This document shows, in pieces, positions 27,293 to 36,873 of a stretch of DNA of 47,159 nt. The DNA is from a virus. The notes under the pieces were generated by a model. The model made no database searches, was not told where the DNA came from, and worked only from the letters and a program-made list of their open reading frames with translations. How positions within the stretch are numbered: the stretch's first letter is position 1; each line of letters opens with the position of its first letter. The position numbers and the translations under genes were made by a program. Location of the stretch: IMG/VR virus record IMGVR_UViG_3300005298_000040, positions 1-47,159 of that record; one strand, 5' to 3'.

Positions 27293-27755
27293 TTTCAGTC
27301 ACCTCTCTACCGTTGCTGTCAAACACCATCAGCTTAACTTCTCCGCTTTCATTGACAACGAAGCCATAGACATCCACTTCTTCATCTGTGATTATACCAT
27401 TGACAATCTTTCTTCCCTTCCCAACAAACCCACAGTTCAACCCAGTAACCGCCTGAGCAATTGCCACTACAGTCCAGACATTGTTTATATCCTTGATTTC
27501 GTTCAGTATTCTCTCAATCAGCTCTCTGTCAGCAACTGCATACTGCTCATCGAATATCCACCACCACCGCAGAGCTAACCTTCCGTTGAACCGCTTGTCT
27601 CTGTTAAGAATATTAGAAAGTTCTTGCCAGCTTATTGTTCTTACTGGTGTTACCGGCTTGTTGAAGCACTCTCTTTGCATCAAGCTGAGCAGTTCTGAAT
27701 CAAACTCTCCGTTGCTGATATACCACTCATATATTTCTGAATTCATCGTTCTCAC
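27258..27755 (-). CDS. Probable catalytically dead paralogue of the adjacent cysteine hydrolase
   Basis: FDEQYAV..RELIERIL, TGLNCGFV, IVNGII and MVFDS echo the family layout, but no DCD or H-x-W-N motif. Confidence 0.4.
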   Translation of the reverse strand: MRTMNSEIYEWYISNGEFDSELLSLMQRECFNKPVTPVRTISWQELSNILNRDKRFNGRLALRWWWIFDEQYAVADRELIERILNEIKDINNVWTVVAIAQAVTGLNCGFVGKGRKIVNGIITDEEVDVYGFVVNESGEVKLMVFDSNGREVTENDVVIGFVVFD

Positions 27756-30075
27756 TCACTATCTCCGTTGTTTTAATCTCGTCAGCTTTAATTTCAACCT
27801 TCTTTTTCATGCCAATCAGCCTTTCCTTGAGTATCTGTATCTTTTCAGCTCCCTTCCTCTTCCTCTCCTCATCTTCGATTATCCTTCTCTTCTCGTTCAC
27901 GTATGCTTCTTTCAGCTTCTCTGTTATCTCATCCTCACTCGCTTCGATATCGGCAGTTACCCACACTATAATTCCATCCTCGAATTTCGCCTGTACATAC
28001 ATCCGCTTTTCATCCATTGGTTCAACAGCAGTTATTTCAAAGCTTGGCTCTGGAATTATCTCTAATAGCTTATCCTCCTCTTTTTCTGACTCTGCAATCT
28101 CCTCTGGCGGTAGCTCATGTGGATTGCATGTCGTGTGAACCGGCACACACATTATCTTATCATTGTCAACTTTTCTAACTTTTAGCACTACTGAATCGTT
28201 CACCTTGAACTCTTTACCGCAAACAGCACAGCTCAACTCCTCAAACCCGATATCGCCAGTAACAATGTTGACAAAGTAGCCGTTAGCCCATCTCAGAGTT
28301 GAAGAGCCGATATTGTAAGTGTTGTCTGCGTCTGGGTAGATGTTTCGTCCTTTGATATTACCAATAACATGCAGTTTCTCAGCCGGACTCGTTGTCCCGA
28401 TTCCAACGTTACCAGTTACTCTGAAATTGCCAAGAACACTCAATCGACCATCTGCATCGTTTATCAATCTTACATTGTAGTCTTGACTACTTCCAACTCC
28501 ATAGTGAAAGTCTATGTATGGTGTTGTTCCACTTTGTGAACTGTCACCAAGTTCAATGCAACCTCCTTGGTTAAGAGACAATAGATTTGCACCCCATTTT
28601 ATATTTCCTTCAACATGAAGCGCTTCTGTTGGACTCGTCCCTATTCCAACCTTACCCCCAATATACGCATCTCTACCAACCCATAAATCTCTCCATCTCC
28701 TTGTTGATGAACCCAAGTCCTTGCTGTTGTCCGATACCGGATATATGTTTCTGTTATAGTCCCAGTCAAGTGGTATGTAATAGTCAAGCTGTCTGGTTTC
28801 AACCGTATGCAATCCTAATATTTGTGTTAATCTCATTGTTCCATCTGAATTACGCTTAATAGTAAATGTTACTCTAACGTATCTTCTCCAGAGTGCGGGA
28901 TTTAGATAGAAATACAATATTTTATTTGTTGATATATTAATATTACCAGTCCAATTTACATTAAAAACAACGTCTGTAGAGAAATCTGAGTATGATGATG
29001 ACTCAACAATGAATTCAGATATTGAATCGATATATCCAGCATAAAATACAACCGCTAAAACAATTGGATTTCCTCCTGTATCTATATAAACTCTGAATCT
29101 CCTATTCACACCGCCAGTAGTTGATATTGCAACATTTGTGCTTCCTTTGTTATCTGTTAGAACGTTCCAGTCGTAATTTGCTGTTACATCTATCCATGTT
29201 TCCGTTGCAAAGTCGTATTCTTCAGCTTTGTAGACTGGACGGAATCCGAATGCGTTAAAAGACGGTGGTGGAACTCCCAAAACCCCATAGTCTCTTGTGT
29301 TGAACGGAACAACTGGCTCAAACCTCTCAATATTCCTCAGCACTCTGTCACTCGATATGACCTCAGTTCCACCAACCCTCAAAGACTTCACATCAAAATT
29401 ATCATCGGTCTTCAAAACATCAGCTTCTGCTCTATATACATTCACATCTGTGGCTCCCAAATATAACCTATCTTTTACGTAAGCATTTTTCCAGAATCTG
29501 CTCGATGACCCTAAATCATAAGCATTGTCTACAGATGGAATTATGTTCTGGCCAGCCTCAACGTTCTTCAATACTCTATCATTCGATATTACCTCAGTCC
29601 CGCTTATTTTCAGCGAATCGACATTCACGTCCCTCCTCAGTCCCAATCTAACATCATACACATCAGTAACATACACTTTATTTTCGCCAGCCCTCACCTT
29701 TACAATCGCTAATGGTATGTGCTGCGGGCTTATTCTCTCCGTTACTGGCTTCAGCACTCCGTTATCATTATACCACCGTGAGCCCTTCAAAACAGTTATT
29801 TTCGGACTGCCATTATTGTAATCCCACACAATCACATCAATTCTGTCTCTATCTGCCTCTCCTGCATCTAAAACAACACTGCCTCCTCCATAGCTGTAAT
29901 CAGTATCAAGATATCTAACTGAACCAGAACTTATGCTTATTGTCAGATTTGTGTTATTTGCACTGCACTCAAGTCCCTCCTTTACATACTTACCATCCAT
30001 CGCCTGCACTTCAGATTCAAAAACTGTAGTATACAAAGTCTTACCATCATCCAGTCCCTTAAGCCAATCCAGCAT
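27727..30075 (-). CDS. Tail fibre / receptor-binding protein
   Basis: Three (Y/K)(D/N)(L/I)GSS..RW repeats, two VGIGT...LHV.GNIK repeats, Gly/Thr/Asn-rich; follows baseplate genes. Confidence 0.85.
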   Translation of the reverse strand: MLDWLKGLDDGKTLYTTVFESEVQAMDGKYVKEGLECSANNTNLTISISSGSVRYLDTDYSYGGGSVVLDAGEADRDRIDVIVWDYNNGSPKITVLKGSRWYNDNGVLKPVTERISPQHIPLAIVKVRAGENKVYVTDVYDVRLGLRRDVNVDSLKISGTEVISNDRVLKNVEAGQNIIPSVDNAYDLGSSSRFWKNAYVKDRLYLGATDVNVYRAEADVLKTDDNFDVKSLRVGGTEVISSDRVLRNIERFEPVVPFNTRDYGVLGVPPPSFNAFGFRPVYKAEEYDFATETWIDVTANYDWNVLTDNKGSTNVAISTTGGVNRRFRVYIDTGGNPIVLAVVFYAGYIDSISEFIVESSSYSDFSTDVVFNVNWTGNINISTNKILYFYLNPALWRRYVRVTFTIKRNSDGTMRLTQILGLHTVETRQLDYYIPLDWDYNRNIYPVSDNSKDLGSSTRRWRDLWVGRDAYIGGKVGIGTSPTEALHVEGNIKWGANLLSLNQGGCIELGDSSQSGTTPYIDFHYGVGSSQDYNVRLINDADGRLSVLGNFRVTGNVGIGTTSPAEKLHVIGNIKGRNIYPDADNTYNIGSSTLRWANGYFVNIVTGDIGFEELSCAVCGKEFKVNDSVVLKVRKVDNDKIMCVPVHTTCNPHELPPEEIAESEKEEDKLLEIIPEPSFEITAVEPMDEKRMYVQAKFEDGIIVWVTADIEASEDEITEKLKEAYVNEKRRIIEDEERKRKGAEKIQILKERLIGMKKKVEIKADEIKTTEIVSENDEFRNI

Positions 30076-30087
30076 TACTTACTCACC

Positions 30088-30762
30088 TCACATATATTTC
30101 CTGACTAATACAACTTTGTTTTTTGATTTATAAACATTTTCCATGTCCCTGCCCATCACCCATACTCCATTCGTTATTGTGCCAGCATATCCGCTACTCA
30201 CAACATCGTATGTTATGTTTCCACTGCCTTCCTCAATGCTGAAAAATGCAGTCATATCATACGGTATAAACTCGTCATTCAGAATATCCGCTATTCTGCT
30301 CTCATCAAAAACTCTTGAATACATCATGAATCTATCAATAGCTCCTACAAATCCTTCCCCAATTATCAGGCTATTTGCTGTCTCTGAAATTATTCCATTC
30401 TGACTAAACTCCACATACTTGTTTTCAGTGCTATTAACATACATCGTTTTCTGTATATAATCTCCTACTACCTCAACACACACAATCACTTTATACCAGC
30501 TATCAACCTCAATCTCTCCTCCAATCACCATAGGCTCATAATCAGTTCCATCATATACTCCAAATGCTAATCTTCCACTCGAATCTATCTTCATTATATA
30601 CTCTCCGTCCTTTTTCAGTATTGTCTGCTCACTCACCGACTTAGGCTTAAACTGAACAACTATCATAAAAGTATTGCCTACTCTTATGTTTGCCCGGTCT
30701 GGTATTGTAATACTTCCACTCCCATTAAACTCAACAGCATACCTACTAAACAGTTTAATCAC
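30088..30762 (-). CDS. LamG/concanavalin-A-like tail protein
   Basis: AVEFNG, WYKVI, FVGAIDRFMMYSRVF, FSIEEGSGNITYD..GTITNGVW. Confidence 0.8.
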   Translation of the reverse strand: MIKLFSRYAVEFNGSGSITIPDRANIRVGNTFMIVVQFKPKSVSEQTILKKDGEYIMKIDSSGRLAFGVYDGTDYEPMVIGGEIEVDSWYKVIVCVEVVGDYIQKTMYVNSTENKYVEFSQNGIISETANSLIIGEGFVGAIDRFMMYSRVFDESRIADILNDEFIPYDMTAFFSIEEGSGNITYDVVSSGYAGTITNGVWVMGRDMENVYKSKNKVVLVRKYM

Positions 30763-30931
30763 TTACTATCACCTCAACATTTCTGTCAAGCAATACAATC
30801 TCAATTCTGTTTTTGTCTTCTCCTCTCGTTATGATTATATTTGCTATCTCGTTTCCATTCAGGTCTCTAACTACTTCTTTCGTCTTCAGCCTGAATATTC
30901 TCCTTACTTCACACTTTACATCCTCCTGCAC
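30755..30931 (-). CDS. 58-aa tail-region protein (GTG start, VQEDVKCEVRRIFRLKTKEVVRD...) (not in ORF track)
   Basis: Translated by hand; abuts the upstream stop and overlaps the downstream start. Confidence 0.6.
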   Translation of the reverse strand: MQEDVKCEVRRIFRLKTKEVVRDLNGNEIANIIITRGEDKNRIEIVLLDRNVEVIVSD

Positions 30932-31291
30932 TTATACCACCGTAACGTATTCCTCAACCTCAAACCAAATATCGATATCTGCAGTTTTCCCAATCGGTGC
31001 AAACGTCTTTCTGAACAGCATTGTTCCGCCACTCGATGAGTCAAACAATCCAAACTCTGATATATTATATCCATTCGCATCTGCAGTTGATAAATAGCAT
31101 CTGAATAACACTCTATTAACCGATACCAAAACCTCGTCAACTGCGTCTCTAAAAACTTCATTCTCCAACTGAGTATCCTGTTTCGTCTCCGGTGTTGTTC
31201 CTGTGCCAACTGCCCAATACATGTATCTCGTCCTCAAATACTCTATTATTTCATCTCTTATTTCATCTAACGCAACTTGCGTATTCACCAC
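30932..31291 (-). CDS. Tail/baseplate fibre-attachment protein
   Basis: WAVGTGTTPETKQDTQLENEVFR...ISEFGLFD...MLFRKTF, a common tail-fibre N-terminal module. Confidence 0.75.
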   Translation of the reverse strand: MVNTQVALDEIRDEIIEYLRTRYMYWAVGTGTTPETKQDTQLENEVFRDAVDEVLVSVNRVLFRCYLSTADANGYNISEFGLFDSSSGGTMLFRKTFAPIGKTADIDIWFEVEEYVTVV

Positions 31292-31297
31292 TACACA

Positions 31298-32896
31298 TCA
31301 CCTCCCTAATACATATATTCCAAGCACTATATCAATCATTCCGCTTATTGAATAATCAAACCTATCAAGCACAGACACATCAATACTGTATTCACCCAAA
31401 TTTGCCTCTGCTCTCATTCTAAACCTTTCTCTTACTCTCGCTAACATCGACTCTGTATATAACATATACTCAGTCAAAACTACCTTCGCCTCAATCAACT
31501 TCTCAAGCTGAGCAATCCTTTCCTCTACCTTCTTATTCCAGTCTATTATGTCAAAGCTTCTTTCTCCTATTTCTATACTAACAACACCATTATCTGATAT
31601 TTCAAACCCCGTAACTACATACTCCTCATCTATCGCATTCAAATCATCTTTAACCCTATACTCCTTTCCTACTTCAATGCCAAACCCAAGCATTTTATTT
31701 ATCGTTGTCGTAACTTTGATTGTCTCCGTCGGGTCAGCAAACTCTCTCAAATATGCATATGCATAGTCTCTTGCCTTCTCAAAGCTATCAATAAATTTAC
31801 TGGTAATTTTTCTTCCTCTCTTCCCATACTTAGCTATACTGCTCTCATCTTTCATGTGCACAACAATAGGCACAGTATACTCATACCACACAGTAATAAT
31901 ATCTCCTTCATTCGGTATAAACTTCAGCTCAATAATACCTTCTTCCTTTTTAACGCTATATTGCTTTGAATCTGTCTCATTGCCGTTTATCAACACTTTA
32001 ACACTTCCTGAAATAGGTCTCGATACTGTAAATATGCTATTGCTTCCGTCTCCTATAAACTCCTCGCTCGTCAAATATATTATATTGTCTCCATAAAGCC
32101 ACAGCTCATTAACCAACTTGCTCAAATCTCTCTTAATCGAATCATATGCACCTAAATCTCTCAGTTCTAACTGTCCTCCTTTAATGTATCCAAATGGCTC
32201 AAAATATACTGTATCTCCAACTATTCTTATCTGATACTTATATCCCTCTGCCAAAAACGTAATTGCATTGTAAATATAGTCATCAACAACAAATCTTCTC
32301 AACGTATCTCCTGTTTGCACATATACAACTTTCATGCCAGTATTGCTCTCTACCAAATCCCTCACTATTTCCTCTGGTGCAGTATCATAATATACTTTCC
32401 TTACATAAATTCTCATCAGCTCATATCCGCTTCCATACGCTGTAAACTCCACAGTCCCATCCTTCTTTATTGTCTGACTACCTATTCTGCATGCAACATA
32501 CTCTTTATCGACTCCTGAAATATAGACATTAAACACGTCTCCAAGTTCAAAAATCGTGCTCAGCCCTAATGGCATCTTAAATGATACTTCATCTACAGAT
32601 GTTAGCGATTTCTTAATCTTAAGACCACTAACATTTATGTTCAAATACACATTTTTGTCTTTCAGATATTCGAGCTCGTATGTTGTTCCTGACACAATAA
32701 TTTTCGACCCATCAAAACTCATGCTCTTAATCAGAACTTCAACAATCAACCCATTTCCTCCATCGTAATCATATACTATAATCCAATCGCCTATCTCAAC
32801 CACATCTGAATATTCAAAAGCCACGCTCGCATAAAACCAATATCTTGACCTCAATAAATATGAATCTGATATCTTCAAATAGTAAGCTCCCCTCAC
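31298..32896 (-). CDS. Baseplate hub / tail-tip protein
   Basis: After Dit-like gene; LVNELWLYG, DESSIAKYGKRGRKI..KFIDS..KA. Confidence 0.75.
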   Translation of the reverse strand: MRGAYYLKISDSYLLRSRYWFYASVAFEYSDVVEIGDWIIVYDYDGGNGLIVEVLIKSMSFDGSKIIVSGTTYELEYLKDKNVYLNINVSGLKIKKSLTSVDEVSFKMPLGLSTIFELGDVFNVYISGVDKEYVACRIGSQTIKKDGTVEFTAYGSGYELMRIYVRKVYYDTAPEEIVRDLVESNTGMKVVYVQTGDTLRRFVVDDYIYNAITFLAEGYKYQIRIVGDTVYFEPFGYIKGGQLELRDLGAYDSIKRDLSKLVNELWLYGDNIIYLTSEEFIGDGSNSIFTVSRPISGSVKVLINGNETDSKQYSVKKEEGIIELKFIPNEGDIITVWYEYTVPIVVHMKDESSIAKYGKRGRKITSKFIDSFEKARDYAYAYLREFADPTETIKVTTTINKMLGFGIEVGKEYRVKDDLNAIDEEYVVTGFEISDNGVVSIEIGERSFDIIDWNKKVEERIAQLEKLIEAKVVLTEYMLYTESMLARVRERFRMRAEANLGEYSIDVSVLDRFDYSISGMIDIVLGIYVLGR

Positions 32897-33270
32897 AGCA
32901 CATCACCTATTGCCAATGATATTCTGCACCTGAACATATTCGTTTGTCCTGCTTCCTGAACAATCGCCAAATCAAAAATCACACAATTCTTTGTAATGCC
33001 CCACTCCTCTATGTGCACGTCATAGATTGGCAACAATTCTCCAGTCATCAAATCATTCGCAATCCTCGATATTGAACTCGGTATATTGCTTGTTACTTCC
33101 TTCCACTCAACATCAATCCTTCTGCTAACACCTCCTAACTGCATTATCATCGGATTAGGTTCTCCCGGCACAGGTATCTCTATAGCATTTGTAAGCATTT
33201 TATACTCAATTCTTTCAATATTCTCTATTCTCAATATCTCCTGTCCGCTCTTTCTTATTATTACTGCCAT
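32893..33270 (-). CDS. Distal tail (Dit-like) protein
   Basis: Beta-rich 125 aa directly after the tape measure; PVPGE...QLGGVSRRI. Confidence 0.65.
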   Translation of the reverse strand: MAVIIRKSGQEILRIENIERIEYKMLTNAIEIPVPGEPNPMIMQLGGVSRRIDVEWKEVTSNIPSSISRIANDLMTGELLPIYDVHIEEWGITKNCVIFDLAIVQEAGQTNMFRCRISLAIGDVL

Positions 33271-35411
33271 TATATCACTCCTCTCGTTATCATTTCTCTT
33301 ATCAACTCACTCCTTATTCTATCAACCAAACTTTTCTCATCTACAGTTGCACCATAATTGTTCACTTCAATGCTTATGTTCACTGTCTTATTCTCCAGTC
33401 CTTCATGCACTTTCCATGATGGTATAACCATTTCGCCTGCGTGCAACATATATACTCCAGTCTTGCTCACATATCCGCCTGTCTGGTATCCTCCATAACT
33501 TGAACTGCCAGTAATAAATCTCCAGATATTGTCTGCAAGCCACCTACCAAAATCAAAAAATCCTCCTATGTAATTACTAATATTATACCACAACCAACTC
33601 CCTATATCAAACACTCCTGAGATATAATAATCTATGTTATAATATAACCATGCACCAAAATTAAAAGCTCCTGTAACATAATCACGAATATATGAATTTA
33701 ACCACGAACCAAAATTAAAAGTCCCTGTAATAAAATCATCTATGTAATTGTATAGCCATGAACCAAAATTAAAAACGCCTGTAACAAAATCATCTATATT
33801 GCTATATAGCCAGTTACCAAAGTTAAACGCTCCTGTCACAAAGTTTCTGATATTACTCTGTAACCAGTTACCAAAATCAAATACGCCGCTAACAAAACTT
33901 CTTATATTTTCAAGTAACCAACTACCAAAATTAAATGTCCCTGTTACAAAACTTCTTATATTTTCAAGTAACCAACTACCAAAATTAAATGTCCCTGTTA
34001 CAAAACTTCTTATATTTTCAAGTAACCATCCGCCAAAATTAAATACACCTGTCATCGCCTCAGTAACTCTTTGCCTTAACCAGCCTGCAAATCCTCCAGC
34101 CCCAAACATTCCCACTATATCACCCATCGCAGTCAATATTGCATTTTTGAACCACTCAGCAAATGTTACTGATGTATTTCCAACTTTAAAAAGTCCAGCT
34201 CCAAGTGCTCCTATAGTAGCATATATTTTATTAACAAACCACTCTGCAAACGTTTTTCCTTCAAACAGCCCTGTAAAATTTCCAATCGCATTAGTTATAT
34301 TAGTTCTGAGCCATGAACCCAAATCTCCAAGCCCGCCGATTACCCAATTTGCTGATGCTGTTAAGTTGTTCCATATCCACGCACCTAAATTCTGCAAACC
34401 GTTCAATACCCAGTCCGTCGACTTTGTCAAATTATTCCAAACCCAAGCACCCAAAACACCTAATCCGCCAACAACCCAGTCTGCAGTTCTTGTTAGATTT
34501 TCCCAAATCCATGTTCCAAGATTGCCCAAACCTCCTATAACCCAATCTACAGAAGCCGTTAGATTATTCCAAATCCACTCTCCCAAATATCTTAATCCAC
34601 CCACAACCCAATCAACTGATGCTGTCAGAACACTCCAAATCCATTCACCTAAATTTCTTAGCCCACTAATTACCCAATCTACAGAACTTGTCAAAACACT
34701 CCATATCCATGCACCTAAATTCTGCAAACCTCCAATTACCCACTCAGCCGATGCAGTCAACTGCTCCCATATCCACTCTCCCAGATTTCCAATTGTTATT
34801 GCTATCTGCTCAACAGCATTTCTTAACCATTCCCCAAAATCGCCAATTTTCTCCATCAGTATTTCTACAATCGTTGCAAAATATGATGCAACTGCTTGTG
34901 ATGCCGCCTCAAAAATATTCCCATACTGTCTGATTGCCTCATTCCAAGCTCTTATGAACGGCAACAAAACTAATAACAATATTCTGCCAAGTGGCAATAA
35001 TATCATTCCAACTACATCTGCAATTGGCTTCAATGCAAGCTTAAATATCAAATCCCACAGCTTTAGTGCCGCATTTAAAAATCCGCTAACCTCAGCTCCT
35101 CTTCTTGCTATCTCCATCAACGTTGACAAAATCGTCTTCAATATCTCAATAATTGCAAAAACTGCAAGTAATGCAGGTGCTCTTGCACCAACACGAGCTA
35201 TAATCCCTCCACCCTCTCCCATTGCCTCTGCTCTTTTTTCTATCAGTGAACTTATCATTCCAAATATGCCTCTTCTTTCTCTGTCGACTCTTTTTTCTTC
35301 AACTTCAGTCTCAACCTTTATTTTTTGTTTTTCTTTCGCTAAACTCGCCAACTGTTTTCTAATTTCGCTCAAATCAAGTGTTAGCCTTGCTTTAATCGGA
35401 AATTCAGCCAT
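33270..35411 (-). CDS. Tape measure protein
   Basis: Trp-periodic 22-aa and 18-aa repeats; C-terminal YQTGGYV...LHAGEMVIP; follows tail chaperones. Confidence 0.93.
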   Translation of the reverse strand: MAEFPIKARLTLDLSEIRKQLASLAKEKQKIKVETEVEEKRVDRERRGIFGMISSLIEKRAEAMGEGGGIIARVGARAPALLAVFAIIEILKTILSTLMEIARRGAEVSGFLNAALKLWDLIFKLALKPIADVVGMILLPLGRILLLVLLPFIRAWNEAIRQYGNIFEAASQAVASYFATIVEILMEKIGDFGEWLRNAVEQIAITIGNLGEWIWEQLTASAEWVIGGLQNLGAWIWSVLTSSVDWVISGLRNLGEWIWSVLTASVDWVVGGLRYLGEWIWNNLTASVDWVIGGLGNLGTWIWENLTRTADWVVGGLGVLGAWVWNNLTKSTDWVLNGLQNLGAWIWNNLTASANWVIGGLGDLGSWLRTNITNAIGNFTGLFEGKTFAEWFVNKIYATIGALGAGLFKVGNTSVTFAEWFKNAILTAMGDIVGMFGAGGFAGWLRQRVTEAMTGVFNFGGWLLENIRSFVTGTFNFGSWLLENIRSFVTGTFNFGSWLLENIRSFVSGVFDFGNWLQSNIRNFVTGAFNFGNWLYSNIDDFVTGVFNFGSWLYNYIDDFITGTFNFGSWLNSYIRDYVTGAFNFGAWLYYNIDYYISGVFDIGSWLWYNISNYIGGFFDFGRWLADNIWRFITGSSSYGGYQTGGYVSKTGVYMLHAGEMVIPSWKVHEGLENKTVNISIEVNNYGATVDEKSLVDRIRSELIREMITRGVI
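33892..34028. repeat. Exact 54-bp tandem repeat, about 2.5 copies, in the tape measure gene
   Basis: Units at 33892-33945 and 33946-33999 are identical; partial unit at 34000-34028. Confidence 0.92.
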
Positions 35412-35661
35412 ATCTCATCATCTCATCCAACTTCTTTCTTTCTCTCCTCGACATTTTCTCACGCTCCTTCATAGTTTCTTCAAGCAACGCCCTTAGCCTA
35501 TACACTTCAGTTACCTCTATTTCATCAACATCGCCCGGTGTCCATCCCCAGCACTCTGCAAATATAAAATATGTCAACGTCCTGAGCATCTCAATATCAC
35601 TCGTCCCAAATAACAATGCCTGCCTCAGTCTAAATTTCTCCTCTGGCTCTATGTCAATAAA
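35404..35661 (-). CDS. Tail assembly chaperone -1 frameshift extension (gpT-like)
   Basis: The -1 frame is open from the slippery site (FIDIEPEEKFRLRQALLFG...WGWTPGDVDEI) and is in frame with track ORF 35404-35616. Confidence 0.8.
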   Translation of the reverse strand, partial: FIDIEPEEKFRLRQALLFGTSDIEMLRTLTYFIFAECWGWTPGDVDEIEVTEVYRLRALLEETMKEREKMSRRERKKLDEMMRYG

Positions 35662-35957
35662 GGGTTCAGCTCTATTGCCACGTTTATCAATTTCTGTGCC
35701 TCTGTTATGTCAAGCTCATCTACAAATCTCTCAATATCATCTATTGCAGGCTCAACCTCTTTCACTGACGCAATCACAATTTCTCTTTCCAGTGATGCAT
35801 AATCAAGGTCAGCCCTTAACTGTCCTCCCTCAACTGCCGCTTTCAAATATTTTTGCAATATCTTGTTCATCTGTCCATATTTCAATGAGCCAACTGTAAC
35901 TCTATATTTCTTACCGTTATGCATTATCTCTACTGCCTTGACTGGCATACTCATCAC
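35649..35957 (-). CDS. Tail assembly chaperone (gpG-like)
   Basis: Between tail tube and tape measure; ends NPLLT* just past the slippery heptamer. Confidence 0.82.
   Translation of the reverse strand: MMSMPVKAVEIMHNGKKYRVTVGSLKYGQMNKILQKYLKAAVEGGQLRADLDYASLEREIVIASVKEVEPAIDDIERFVDELDITEAQKLINVAIELNPLLT
35658..35664 (-). other. -1 ribosomal frameshift slippery site C CCT TTA
   Basis: X XXY YYZ heptamer in correct codon phase, two sense codons before the stop. Confidence 0.8.
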
Positions 35958-35958
35958 T

Positions 35959-36819
35959 TCAGCTTATTGTCACTGTCCTCGCTATGAATGATACATCAAA
36001 CAGAATCAGCTCATTTGCCTCGATAGCACTTCCTAACTCATCTATCACTACACCACCAAGCGTAATCGTTGTCGTATCTGTGCCATTTGAAAATGTTGCC
36101 ACCATACTAAGCTCCTGAACTGCAGTAGACTCAACAGGCTCAGTCGGCTTTGTTCCAAGTCCATACAAATATTTCACAAAATCCTCTGTCAGTGCCACAG
36201 CACTAAATCTTCCTCCTATCTCATACATCCTGCCATACAGGTCTCTTGCAGTCCTTGCACCTAATGCAAACACATACTCAAATCCTGTATCAATATCAAC
36301 ATCAAACGCCATTACATTTGCAACTGGCTGATTGTCAAATGTTAATGTAGCACCTGCAAACGTATACGGCTGTGTATCATCAACAACTGGAGTTATACTT
36401 GCCGGATTGCTCACACTCTCTGTAGCATACAGCCCATCGATTCTCAGTCTAACTGGCTCATTCGTCCTCGTCGATATAGACACTCTCCTTACCACTGCAC
36501 CCTTCAGTGTCCTGAGCACTTTATTAGTTCCTTCAAATCCAACCTCAACAACCAAACTCACTGGATTTGTCGATGATATTGTCTGAAATACATCCTTGTT
36601 ACCCAGTATTGCCTCAACTCCCCATGCACCATCAAATCTTCCTGCAATTAACTTATTTGCCACTCTACTGCCTATCTCATATATCCTCTCAATTGTATTT
36701 CTTCCTCTTATTCCAGTCAGCCTCTGTCCAACACCAAATGCTTTATCTGCTGTTCCTCCTCCTTTGAAAGTGCTTTCCAATCCATAAGCCAGTCTGGCTT
36801 TACTACCTGTCGCAACCAT
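35959..36819 (-). CDS. Major tail tube protein
   Basis: TGSKARLAYGLES; beta-rich 286 aa; position before chaperones and tape measure. Confidence 0.85.
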   Translation of the reverse strand: MVATGSKARLAYGLESTFKGGGTADKAFGVGQRLTGIRGRNTIERIYEIGSRVANKLIAGRFDGAWGVEAILGNKDVFQTISSTNPVSLVVEVGFEGTNKVLRTLKGAVVRRVSISTRTNEPVRLRIDGLYATESVSNPASITPVVDDTQPYTFAGATLTFDNQPVANVMAFDVDIDTGFEYVFALGARTARDLYGRMYEIGGRFSAVALTEDFVKYLYGLGTKPTEPVESTAVQELSMVATFSNGTDTTTITLGGVVIDELGSAIEANELILFDVSFIARTVTIS

Positions 36820-36873
36820 ACTTACTCACCTCACTTACTATTTATCACATAACGATTTCTAACTATTTAAGCA

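Noticed and set aside
27727-30075. Diversity-generating retroelement acting on the tail fibre
   Set aside because: No reverse transcriptase and no near-identical TR/VR pair differing at adenines in the window.
30916-31209. 97-aa minus-strand ORF in an alternative frame
   Set aside because: Lies almost entirely within the better-supported 30932-31291 tail gene; no RBS or recognisable motifs.
33748-35496. 582-aa + strand ORF
   Set aside because: Antisense shadow of the repetitive tape measure gene; Pro/Ser/Thr-rich mirror translation with no RBS or promoter.
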